DNA from: a bacterium | GTDB lineage: Bacteria > SM23-31 | Reading direction: 5' to 3' | DNA: 64,000 bases | Assembly: GCA_965249485.1 (NCBI GenBank) | Contig: OZ252239.1 | Span: forward strand, 2,080,001 to 2,144,000 | Shown here: positions 10,070-20,168 of the stretch, piece after piece | How positions within the stretch are numbered: position 1 is the stretch's first letter | Layout of the letters: every line of letters starts with the position of its first letter | The notes under the pieces: model-generated | What the model saw: the letters and a program-made list of their open reading frames with translations, nothing else | Database searches by the model: none | What the model was told of the DNA's origin: nothing | Position numbers and translations under genes: made by a program

Positions 10070-11401
10070 TTAACGAATTAAATTAATCCGATCGATTGGT
10101 GGATAGAGCCACTCCACGCCGTTTTCGGTGATAATTACATCGTCTTCGAGGCCAAAAATCAATTTTTTACCACCCCATTCGGGTAATGGCACTAATACAA
10201 AGAACTCAAATGCTAAAAGGTGTGTTGGTTTAAGTACCATCTCACGGCGAAGAGGTTTTTCTGTCCAAATCGCAGGACCAACACCATGAACAAAGTTTCC
10301 AACGCTGTGCATACCAATGTTGACCTGAGTGTTTTCGCTGTCGGTGATATCGAATTCTATTTCACTTCGTTCAAATCCAGCCTCTTCCAATTTGCGATAG
10401 AGAAGCTCAAGCGTTTCAATACCGGTACGGCCAGGTTTGACATGTTTTCGGAGAATATTACGCACTTTCACTCCCTGCTCGAAAGTGTTTTTAATCGAAG
10501 AGGGTAAGTTGGTTTCTCCTTCCTTGAGAACATACGCATGACGTTTTATATCAGCATAGTAGTTCATTATGTTAAAACTTTCGTCCATGCTCAGTAAGTC
10601 ACCCCGTTGGATGATATAATCTATGGAACGGGCCCTCTGAGGATAACTAACACCGGGAAATCCTGAAGATGTGGGCGTGGGTGTAGGTTTATGTCCAAGA
10701 GATAGCAGTTGATCCGCAACCCACCAGCCAACGTCCTCCCGAGTCGTTACACCCGGTGTAATAACCTCATTTGATAAGGCCCTCTCCATAATATTGGCAG
10801 TCAATTCAGCTACTTCTTTGAAAAGAGCAATTTCACTGGCCACCCTTCTCGAACGGAAGTCAGTGATAAGCTTCTCAGCCGAAACAAGCCTTTCTGCATA
10901 CTTCTCGCCCAGAGCCTTGACCAGAGACAGGTAACTGGTATAAGAAAGTCCGTCTGCTGCCCCAACTCTCCCTGACATATTAATCCCGATGCGTTTGGGA
11001 TCACGTTCAGCAACAAACTGTCTCAGGTCCCCTGCCGATCCGGAGATATCGTAAATATCACTATGTAGAAGCCCAACACCTAAGGTTGCCCGTTCGATCC
11101 TTTCACTACCGCGGTCCGTAAAAATGATATAACCCAGAAATTCCGCAATACTCCATTTATCAGAAGGCATTCCAAGGCCCAAGTCTTCGGAGAGCGGGTC
11201 TGGACGTCCAAACTTCATCACTACGATCCACATATCGATATCATTCTCCCGCATAGCCTCGGGCAAAATGAGATCGAGCTTCTCAGAGCGAATCAGATTC
11301 ATCATATCCCAGCGAGCTTTTGCTTCTTGTGCTTGAACATGGAATCCTTGGACAAGGAAAAGGATTGAAAAAAATGTGAGTACGATCCATGTCTTACGCA
11401 T
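10070..11401 (-). CDS. secreted M24 family metallopeptidase
   Basis: Signal peptide MRKTWIV..VQA, RBS GAGGTG. All five metal ligands present: SMDES, YADIK, GMHSVG, AFEFF, GLEDD. Confidence 0.9.
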   Translation of the reverse strand: MRKTWIVLTFFSILFLVQGFHVQAQEAKARWDMMNLIRSEKLDLILPEAMRENDIDMWIVVMKFGRPDPLSEDLGLGMPSDKWSIAEFLGYIIFTDRGSERIERATLGVGLLHSDIYDISGSAGDLRQFVAERDPKRIGINMSGRVGAADGLSYTSYLSLVKALGEKYAERLVSAEKLITDFRSRRVASEIALFKEVAELTANIMERALSNEVITPGVTTREDVGWWVADQLLSLGHKPTPTPTSSGFPGVSYPQRARSIDYIIQRGDLLSMDESFNIMNYYADIKRHAYVLKEGETNLPSSIKNTFEQGVKVRNILRKHVKPGRTGIETLELLYRKLEEAGFERSEIEFDITDSENTQVNIGMHSVGNFVHGVGPAIWTEKPLRREMVLKPTHLLAFEFFVLVPLPEWGGKKLIFGLEDDVIITENGVEWLYPPIDRINLIR

Positions 11402-11476
11402 AATGTGCACCTCTTTATAATGATTTGTATGTGTCTTTCCTTAGTATTTTTTGCAGAAATTAATCATTTCGACCAT

Positions 11477-11690
11477 TTAAATCTTATTCACTATACTTCG
11501 CCAGAATACTAAATCTTTTGTTGGTCTAAACTTATTTGGTGTCTGAAAATATTCAACCCCCTTGCTCGTAATAATTTGAGGATTTGAAATATTAAATGCA
11601 AGGGGATAGGAGGGTTGTCTGGCAACATTTTTATGAACCATATATTCAAAAACAAAGAGATGATTCTCCTGAATTTTCAAATGATGTGTG
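11477..11690 (-). pseudogene. M24 peptidase C-terminal relic
   Basis: IQENHLFVFEYMVH..PSYPLAFNISNPQIITSKGVEYF aligns with IQKNHLFSLEYVV..PGYPIVINIEGNHVVSSRGVEFL of ORF 49174-49698. No 5' part present. Confidence 0.8.
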
Positions 11691-11999
11691 AATATACAAA
11701 ATGACCCCTCTCACTCGAGTTGATGTTATTATTACCTATACTGTGATTATCTATGGAAAATCCTGGTAAATGATTAGCAATGCCAGAGCCTATTTTTTTG
11801 CAATTTGCAAAAATCTCAATTTATTGCCACATTGAGTCCATTTGTTCTGTAGCGCTACAAACATAATGTGAAAAAGGAGGACAATTATAAAAGCTTGCAT
11901 AGACTAAATGTACCTCTTAACTATTAATCCAATGACTCTTACATGTTCTTACGAAGTACATGTAACAGCGGAACCCTGAATAAATTGGAGAATATAGTA

Positions 12000-13182
12000 A
12001 TGACAAAGATAGTGAATTCCTGGAATGAGTGGGACCCATTGAAGCGTGTGATAATAGGAAGACCTGAAGGTACAAATATTCCTGCTCCTGAGCCGGCATG
12101 GTGGTATGATCTTCCTGATGCCGGTTATCCGCTGGGCTCGTTCGGGCCGTTCCCACAGGAGATGGTGGATAAGGCAAACGAGCAGATGGACTATTTCGTA
12201 AAGCAGCTGGAGTCGCGGGGTGTTATCGTTGACCGGGTAGAAATTCAAGATTTTATGCACAGCGAACCGGTTTCTACTCCGGATTGGATACAGCTTAACA
12301 ACCATGGTATCAACAACGTACGCGATGTCACAATGATACATGGCAAATATATTGTTGAATCAACCACTACCCGCCGCTCGCGGTGGTATGAGTATCTGAA
12401 CCTGAGGCCGATCTTTGAACGTTACTTTAAAGAGGATCCTGAAATGGTCCATTTTGCCGCACCCAAACCGCGGCAAACGGACGAGTCCTACGTTAAAAAT
12501 TACTACTATGACTTTAACAATGTTTGGACAGCTGAAGAAAAGCGTCAGAAATTATATAATTGGGAGTTCCAATTATCGGAAAAGGAGCCGCTCTGGGATG
12601 CTGCGGATGCGATGCGGTTTGGTAAGGACATCTTCCACCAGTGTTCAAGCGTAACCAATAGAGTAGGTATGGACTGGCTAAAGCGGATGTTTTCGGCTCT
12701 TGGCATCAGGCTCCACCATGTACTGTTCGACACTCCTGAGGATCTCAAAAAACCGAACAACTTTCCATCCATGGCATATCGATGTGACCTTCGTGCCTTT
12801 ACGTCCCGGGCTGGTGATATATAATCCGGATTGGAATCCGCGGACACAGGAGACATTAGATTTGTTCGAAAAGAACGATTGGGAGCTGGTTCCCGCGGCA
12901 AGACCGGTACACGTGAACAAGAGTCACTGTTTATTGTTCGGTACGTATAATGAACCATCCTGGATCTCCATGAACACCTTCTCGATCGATTCGAAGACGA
13001 TCTGTGTCGAGGCGCATGAGACCGCTTATATGGAGCAGCTTGACAAACTCGGGATGGAGGTTGTCCCGATTCCGTACGAGCATGTGATACCGTTTGGCGG
13101 AGCTTTACACTGTACCACTTTGGACGTGTATCGTGAAGGTAATTGTGAAGACTACTTTCCGAAGCAGATTGCGGGGTATTAA
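12000..13182 (+). pseudogene. glycine/inosamine-phosphate amidinotransferase family protein, single frameshift near 12763
   Basis: VNSWNEWDPLKRVIIG, WDAAD, HIDV, FGGALHCTTLDV (Asp-His-Cys triad). Removing one base from CTTTCC (12761-12766) joins the two ORFs. May be a sequencing error. Confidence 0.88.
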
Positions 13183-13670
13183 TGTGCCTCAACTTAGTAA
13201 TGTGAACACTCTGTGTTAAAAAGGAAGAGATATTTTTAGTTTATCTCTTTTAAAGAGTTGGTATGGGGCATTTATACTAAACAATTGTACTTAATTGTGT
13301 TTACCCGACACAATTTTAATTCAATTCTTTCGTTGACCTTAATTCTAAGCTTCTGCAGTTTAGAAAAGGTTGAATCCGTATCGACTGAAATTACAAAGAG
13401 CAATGTTCAGACACAAAGTGATGACGAACGAAGAGACTTGCAGGAATTGGAGCATCGGATTCGTCTCATTGCCTGATGGTTAGCAAATCGTACAAAACAG
13501 GCTGCAGGAAACACTTGAAATAGACATATGTATATTTTACCATTTATATCATACTCTTCAATACAATCTAACCAAATACAACACCTCTTAAAAAGCATTG
13601 TATTACAACACAAACTCTATTAATTATCTATTAGAATATAGATTGGAGAAAATTAGAAAGGAAATATGTA

Positions 13671-14698
13671 ATGGAATACAGAGTATTGGGTCGAACAGGT
13701 TTGAAAATTTCTCCCATTTGTTTTGGTACGGGAAACTTTGCCGAACCGACACCGGAAGAAGAAGCAAAAAAAATGATTAACCGGGGTTTGGATGCCGGTG
13801 TAAATCTACTCGGTACTGGCAACATTTACGCAAATGGTGAGGGGGAACGGATAATCGGACGAGCTCTGAAAGAAAACGGTCGGCGCCAGCAAACGCTTAT
13901 CTGTACAAAAATATTTCCGGGACCATTTGATGTATCACACCATATACACCCGGTCATGATCCCAATGACCAGGGCCACTCAAGATTTAGCATTATTAATG
14001 AATGTGAGGCCTGTTTAAATCGCCTTCAAACCGATTATATTGATTTTTACCTGACACATCGCCAAGATCCAACTATTCCGTTTGAAGAGACGCTCAGTGC
14101 ATTCAGTGACCTTATTCGTGCCGGCAAAGTTCGGTATATCGGCTGTTCGACACATCCTGCCTGGGCAGTAATGGAATCAGTTATGATAAGTAAGATGAAC
14201 GGATATGCCCAATATATCGTGGAAGAATCACCGTATAATTTACTCGACCGGCGCATTGAAAATGAACTTATACCAATGTGCCAGAAGTATGGACTTGGCA
14301 TCATAACATGGGGACCGATTGCAATGGGTGTACTTGCAGGCCGGTATTCCGATTCGACAAAATATCCCAAAGGATCAAGGGCAGATCTCATCGGCAGTTA
14401 TTATACAGATCGCGTGACTGATCGGGGTATTCAAGTGGGAGTCAAGTTCGCAAAAATAGCAAAAGAAGCCGGCATTTCACCTGCACAACTGGTACTACTC
14501 TGGTGCAAAGACCAACCGGGGGTTACAGCACCGCTTATGGGACCTCGAACCCTGGAACAGCTTGAGCATTTTCTGCCTGTTCTTGAGATGAAACTGGACG
14601 ATGAAATACGGGCAGCATGTGATGCACTGGTACCACCCGGGAGCACGGTGGCAAATTTTCATAACACTGCAGGTTGGATGAAAGCAAAAATTATCTGA
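13671..14698 (+). pseudogene. aldo/keto reductase, frameshifted near 13935
   Basis: MEYRVLGRTGLKISPICFG; second frame [37 protein letters not shown]. The catalytic Asp motif DTA reads GTG. Confidence 0.88.
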
Positions 14699-14729
14699 TA
14701 AGGAAATGATTATTTCTATACTGTTTTCT

Positions 14730-14846
14730 ATCGGAGATAACGATGAGAGCCATTTAAATTTACATTTTCATGACGGTGCGTATCTCACCGAACGTTGAGT
14801 CGAATATTATTCTCCGCTACCTCTTGAAATTCGTCTTATTCGCTGA
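14730..14846 (+). pseudogene. M24 peptidase 3'-end relic
   Basis: Translates HLNLHFHDGAYLTER*VEYYSPLPLEIRLIR*, compared with QINLWFHDGAIVTERGVEFLSPPPTEIRLIR* of 843-2270. In-frame TGA replaces Gly. Confidence 0.85.
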
Positions 14847-15053
14847 TGGTTTGCAAATAGTACAGCCAGCGGAGCAGAATTCACTTGTAAAAGTATAAAA
14901 CATATATTACCATTTATTTCAAAGTATCCCGTACGCTCTGAAAAAGTACATCACATTTTAGCAAAGTGTCCTCTTTAAACTCAAGTCCAAATTATTTTCA
15001 ATAATAGAATTGATATGGGAAATGTCAAATCAATCGTTAATGAGGTTAACTAC

Positions 15054-16115
15054 ATGTTGAAAATAAACGTTATCATTTTCGCGATTCTTACCATGATATC
15101 ATCTGTATGCTTTTCTCAGGATTTACGCCGCAATGCAAACTGGCTCATACCTAAACAGGATGTCATGTCGGGCGGTGTTCCGAAGGACGGTATTCCTTCT
15201 CTGGAAAATCCGGCGTTGATCCAAGCGGCAGACGCAGGATATCTATTGAATGACGACCTGATATTCGGTGTCGTTGTCAACGGTGAACCGCGTGCATATC
15301 CACTTAAAATTCTCGATCGTCACGAAATAGTCAATGATGAAATTAATGGCGATCCCGTCACCATATTATATTGTCCGCTGACCGGTTCCGGTGTGGGCTG
15401 GAATCCGGTGATTGATGGACAAAAAACCGAATTTGGTGTTTCCGGTTTACTCTATAATTCCAATCTAATAGCGTACGACAGATCGACCGACAGTTTCTGG
15501 TCACAAATGGGCTTGCAATGTGTGCAGGGAGAACTGAAAGGACACAAGCCCGAAACGATTCCACTTATAGAGACAACATGGAAGACCTGGAAAGAGATGT
15601 ATCCGGATTCCAAAGTCATGTCAGACAAGACCGGAGTTTACCCAAGCTATGACGAGTATCCCTATATTATCTCCGGAAAAGATTACAGAGAAGATGAAAT
15701 CATCATGTTTCCTGTCAGTACGGATGATAAACGGCTGCACAGAAAAGACAAAGTACACGGTGTAATTGTAGGGGAAACGTCAAAAGTTTACAGGATTAAA
15801 AAATTTTCGCGTTCAATGGAAACCGTCAATGATGTGATAGATTCGGTCCCCATCGTTGTAGTAGGAAGCAGGAAAAAAAAATTTGCTATGTCATTTGAAA
15901 GGAGCTTAGAGGACGGTACCATTCTCGAATTTTCCCCGGTGAAAAACCAACTTCCCGTTGCAATGGAGGATAATGAAGGCACACTGTGGGACGTTTTTGG
16001 TTATGCAGCATCAGGACCAAGAAAAGGAACCCTGCTTAAACTGACGGAATCGTTCACTGCATACTGGTTTGCATGGGGTACTTTTTATCCGGATGCTGAA
16101 ATATATAAAAAATAA
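15054..16115 (+). CDS. DUF3179 domain secreted protein
   Basis: GGVPKDGIPSL, RAYPLKILDRHEIVND, YCPLTGSG, FGVSGLLYNSNL, YWFAW. Signal peptide; ATG 15054 follows GAGG. Confidence 0.88.
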   Translation: MLKINVIIFAILTMISSVCFSQDLRRNANWLIPKQDVMSGGVPKDGIPSLENPALIQAADAGYLLNDDLIFGVVVNGEPRAYPLKILDRHEIVNDEINGDPVTILYCPLTGSGVGWNPVIDGQKTEFGVSGLLYNSNLIAYDRSTDSFWSQMGLQCVQGELKGHKPETIPLIETTWKTWKEMYPDSKVMSDKTGVYPSYDEYPYIISGKDYREDEIIMFPVSTDDKRLHRKDKVHGVIVGETSKVYRIKKFSRSMETVNDVIDSVPIVVVGSRKKKFAMSFERSLEDGTILEFSPVKNQLPVAMEDNEGTLWDVFGYAASGPRKGTLLKLTESFTAYWFAWGTFYPDAEIYKK

Positions 16116-16331
16116 AAGCGATTCGCTGCAACAGTCACGTGCAAACGCTGGTTATGCCTTTTACATTTTAGAAACCATTTTTATAGCAGCTAATTCGCTT
16201 TTTCTGAATTGTAATCCGGCAACATACCTACTACCCATTTCCCGAATAGCAACCTCTGCGTTCTGAATATTCATTGTGTCAACATGTAGCTAAAATAATA
16301 CCACTTGACCATATAAAATTCGATTTCACTT

Positions 16332-17057
16332 TCAATTATTTGAGAAAGTCGATCTCGATTTCTTGATATAATCTGCCATGGTAACAATTTCATTCAAACC
16401 TTCCAGTTTCATTATTTCTATTCTGTCATTATTCACTGATAGAAAATCATCCGCGATCAGCGCATAAAACTCTTCGGAAAACAGTACATTCCAACCGGTC
16501 TCATCAGGGTACTCTTTTTTATCGTAAAGATTGGAATTACTATACTTTAAATCCGCTAATCCCTCAATGACCTGTCTGACACTGAGCGAAGTGGTATTGT
16601 ACTTACCAGACAGATGCAGAAGTGTTTGTACTTTCTTAAGATTATATTTCCTTACTGTGAGGTCATAGTTAGTTATTTTATACGTCTCATCAGATATGAG
16701 ATTTTCACCAAAAGCTTTTTTTAAATTCCAGGCTGAGAATTCATAATATGTTAAGATCATATTTACTATGTCGTAGCTTTCCTCGGATTCATATAAGGAA
16801 TCCTGGAACAATACAAAATATCTAAATGTTCTGTCGTAGTCATACCCCATATCTTCGACTGTCATTTTTGCAGCCATGTATGATATTAACGGTGCTGCGC
16901 AATTATTCGCTTTTATTATATTTAACGTGTATTCGTCAGCAAAATTGTTTAAGGTAGTCTGATTTAATTGCATTCTCTCTTGCGAAAATCCTTCCGAAGA
17001 GCAGATCAAATAAAATAGTATAATAAAGACAATTTTATTGGGAATTACAGTTTTCAT
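16332..17057 (-). CDS. hypothetical secreted protein
   Basis: 241-aa ORF with signal-peptide-like N-terminus. No recognised motif. Confidence 0.7.
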   Translation of the reverse strand: MKTVIPNKIVFIILFYLICSSEGFSQERMQLNQTTLNNFADEYTLNIIKANNCAAPLISYMAAKMTVEDMGYDYDRTFRYFVLFQDSLYESEESYDIVNMILTYYEFSAWNLKKAFGENLISDETYKITNYDLTVRKYNLKKVQTLLHLSGKYNTTSLSVRQVIEGLADLKYSNSNLYDKKEYPDETGWNVLFSEEFYALIADDFLSVNNDRIEIMKLEGLNEIVTMADYIKKSRSTFSNN

Positions 17058-17188
17058 ATAACTTTTAATATTATTGATTAAAAATCGTACTTTATGTTAA
17101 GATCATAATCCTATAAGTAATTCTACCTAAGTCAATTGTAGTTGCCAATATTGACATTGACGTTTACATCCCATTAAACTAAATAGTA

Positions 17189-18526
17189 TTACGTTAAGAC
17201 AGGTGAAATAGGTGATGTGCCGTTATCCAGGTTGGCATGCGCCTCAAATATTTTATTTATAATCTTCAGATCATAAGGACACACATCTTCGCATTTTCCA
17301 CAGCTGTCACACGCTGAAGCTTTAATCCCTCCCGGTAGCTGATTATAAAGATCTTTTGCCAGGGATACCTGGTTATAATTATTATGATATAAACGATAAC
17401 GTAAAAGATCTGGAATAGGAATATTCTTCGGGCAAGCAGGTATGCATTCCGCACACAATCTACAATAATCCTTGTCAGCAAGGCTAGCGTATTGTTCCAT
17501 TATATCATCTTGTATGTCGGATGTGAATTGATCACGTGTTTTGACAGCTTCTACGTTATCAATTACTTGTTGCACTCTGTCCATCCCTATCGCACATGTT
17601 GTAAGATTCGGATTGCCAAGATTCCATCGTATCAACGCCTGATAAAGGTTATTTGGACCGTATTTCCTGAGTTTTTTCTGAATTTCCTGTATTTCCGGGT
17701 CATGCGTCTCTTTAGCCCAATAAGGAATAAAATTTCCAGTCATGGTTTTAATGGCAATAACACCCACGTCCCTTTCTTTTGCCAATTCAAACAATCTATC
17801 GGTACCGACAGGGTCGTTTGATCCTTGTTTAATCATGCTAAGCCGGTTATATGGTTTCATTAAAAAGTCAACATAACCATTCCTGATAGCCCATTCATGA
17901 TTACGAGGGTTATGTCCGCTCATTCCTATGAAGTTTATCAATCCCTCTTCCTGAATTTTTTTCATAACTTCGAAACTTTCGTGGGTACCGAAACCATCAG
18001 AAAAAGAGAAATCGATGTGATCAGTTTGCAATAGTTTAAGGCTATTGTCAATCATATCACGCATCTCTTTTTCATTGCCCTGTTCTAATGATATGGCAAA
18101 ATAAAACTCATCACGCCTGCCTTTCAAGGCTTCACCCAAAAGCTCTTGTGTATTATGATAGCTGGGAGCGGTCGTAACAAGATTACCACCAAGATCGAGG
18201 AGTTTGTTTACCACATCTCCTTTTTCCCTCCGCCACTTTTCAAACAAAAAACGGCCAAGTGTTCTGGATAGAGAAAGACTGGCACATCCCAATCCGATTT
18301 CTGATACCATAATATTAGTTCTGCCAAATCTTCTATATTTCATCCCTGTTTCAGGTTTGTATTGCGGGGTGTTGCTCTGGCTAGCATTTGGTGTATCATT
18401 ACCTGTGTCAGAAAGAATACCAGGCACATTTAAAGTAGTTCCAACTACGGCAGCACTGCTGAACTTCATAAAATCCCGTCTATCCATATTTTCTTTTCTT
18501 GAATTTCTAATTTTCTTCTTTGACAT
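17189..18526 (-). CDS. Tat-exported aldo/keto reductase-fold protein with C-terminal 2x[4Fe-4S] domain
   Basis: DRRDFMK Tat motif; MKYRRFGRT, LQTDHID; CRLCAECIPACP and CDSCGKCEDVCP. Confidence 0.88.
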   Translation of the reverse strand: MSKKKIRNSRKENMDRRDFMKFSSAAVVGTTLNVPGILSDTGNDTPNASQSNTPQYKPETGMKYRRFGRTNIMVSEIGLGCASLSLSRTLGRFLFEKWRREKGDVVNKLLDLGGNLVTTAPSYHNTQELLGEALKGRRDEFYFAISLEQGNEKEMRDMIDNSLKLLQTDHIDFSFSDGFGTHESFEVMKKIQEEGLINFIGMSGHNPRNHEWAIRNGYVDFLMKPYNRLSMIKQGSNDPVGTDRLFELAKERDVGVIAIKTMTGNFIPYWAKETHDPEIQEIQKKLRKYGPNNLYQALIRWNLGNPNLTTCAIGMDRVQQVIDNVEAVKTRDQFTSDIQDDIMEQYASLADKDYCRLCAECIPACPKNIPIPDLLRYRLYHNNYNQVSLAKDLYNQLPGGIKASACDSCGKCEDVCPYDLKIINKIFEAHANLDNGTSPISPVLT

Positions 18527-18562
18527 TTTATCTCCTATTGCATACTTAGTCTGTAATTATAT

Positions 18563-19999
18563 TTACATTTTTAACGATTTAAAAGTGACTGCAGGGGGAT
18601 TTGCAAAGTCTTGAGCAATACGTTCATTGAGTTCCATGTCAGGACGTCCGTCATGAATTAAAATTCTATATACAAGATTAAGAGGATTATCCATAACAAC
18701 AGTGTGAGGACCGTTCTTTGTAAAAGCGTAACCAAAGTAGGGGATTTTTGAGTTAATTGCCACCGGAGTCGGATATTTCTGATTTGAGGGATGATCGAAC
18801 ATCGCAAGTCCGCCCCAGTTATTACCGAGAGGTCCTGATAAATCGACCCACCTGGCTGCGGTTCCATCACCATCAATGCGGTTTTTCCCTTCACTTGTCA
18901 ATACATCGAGAGAAACACCATCGGAATACCATTCAGCTTTGCCGCTAAATGCGATTGTACTGTTGTTACTCTGTAACAATTCCATGGAAGTACCCTCAAC
19001 GACATTTCCTTCCTCGTCAATAATTCCGGTTGCGCCTTCTTCTAATGGGATATATCGCATGTTTTCTGGGATTGAATTTTGTCTGATCGCTATATCTACA
19101 AGCTGTAATTTTTCTTCCAACAACGAATACGCTTTTATAATGTATAATTCTCGAAACATTGTATTTCCATTGTGAAGACCTTTATTGATAAATTCAAGAG
19201 ATGTGAAAACAGGCCCTTCTGTAATACTTGGCCCAAGCTCATCCGGTACTTTTCTGCCCGGGTTATTACCCAGTTCCCAAAAATTAAGCCGTTTATTTAC
19301 GTATTGTATCGTATTCCAATAGTTGAACAATCCTGCGTGAGTGCCATATTCCGGAGATGATTCCCCAGTAATAATTTCCCCCGACGGAGTCCAGATTGGA
19401 TGGATAGAAAATGATCTGTCCATAGAACGTGAATTGCCGCCGTCTTGAACGACACCGTAGTTGTAACGTAATAAAGGCTTGTCGCCCTGATTGACCGTAA
19501 AATGTTTATTGTCAGAATCTTCAACGGTTACTGGACGTGAAAGAGATGACCCTTCTTCCAGCATAAGTTTAAACGTTCTCGTGGATCCTCTCGGAGTTTC
19601 CCCGGTCAAAGCCCAGACAAGTGCGCCTTCTCCCGGAACCGTTCTCCAGTCGAAATCTGCATGGTCATCCCATTGCACAATCGTTCTGGATTGTGATCCG
19701 CCCTCTTCGACAAGCACTAATTTGTTGTCTCTGAGAAGTTCCAAATCGGTCTCTTCATTTGTGTAATAGAAATACCCCTCTCGACGGAATTTCATCGGGT
19801 CGCCAAAAATCTTATCCGCCGTTGTCTGATAACGAATCAATGTATTGGTACGGTCATATTCCCCTGCATCAACCGTAATTGTCCCCAATTCTATACCGGG
19901 ACTCCCTTGTGGAGCACAACCGCTTGTTGCAATAACTACGGCAGTAAGCAACGCGCAGCAAAATTGGAGATGTAAACCCTTTGCAAAATTCTTATTCAT
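18563..19999 (-). CDS. DUF6807 (PmoA-like annotation) family lipoprotein
   Basis: Lipobox TSGC; LLRYNYG, IHPIWTPSGEIIT, ARWVDLSG, GLAMFDHPSN, YRILIHDG. RBS GAGGTG. Confidence 0.7.
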   Translation of the reverse strand: MNKNFAKGLHLQFCCALLTAVVIATSGCAPQGSPGIELGTITVDAGEYDRTNTLIRYQTTADKIFGDPMKFRREGYFYYTNEETDLELLRDNKLVLVEEGGSQSRTIVQWDDHADFDWRTVPGEGALVWALTGETPRGSTRTFKLMLEEGSSLSRPVTVEDSDNKHFTVNQGDKPLLRYNYGVVQDGGNSRSMDRSFSIHPIWTPSGEIITGESSPEYGTHAGLFNYWNTIQYVNKRLNFWELGNNPGRKVPDELGPSITEGPVFTSLEFINKGLHNGNTMFRELYIIKAYSLLEEKLQLVDIAIRQNSIPENMRYIPLEEGATGIIDEEGNVVEGTSMELLQSNNSTIAFSGKAEWYSDGVSLDVLTSEGKNRIDGDGTAARWVDLSGPLGNNWGGLAMFDHPSNQKYPTPVAINSKIPYFGYAFTKNGPHTVVMDNPLNLVYRILIHDGRPDMELNERIAQDFANPPAVTFKSLKM

Positions 20000-20168
20000 A
20001 ATGTGCACCTCATTTAATAATCATCGTGATAATAAATAGAATTTGATAAATTTGTTTACTCGCAAAGATTCAATACGCTCCTAAGTTTAGATACAATCTA
20101 TAATTCCTGCATTAAGTGGTTTAATAAAGTATTACAACATATTTTCTAAGAAAACTAATAAACGTGTG

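Noticed and set aside
18563..19999. Methane monooxygenase subunit (from the PmoA-like label of this family)
   Set aside because: This is a soluble lipoprotein with no pmoB/pmoC neighbours; the family label is not functional evidence.
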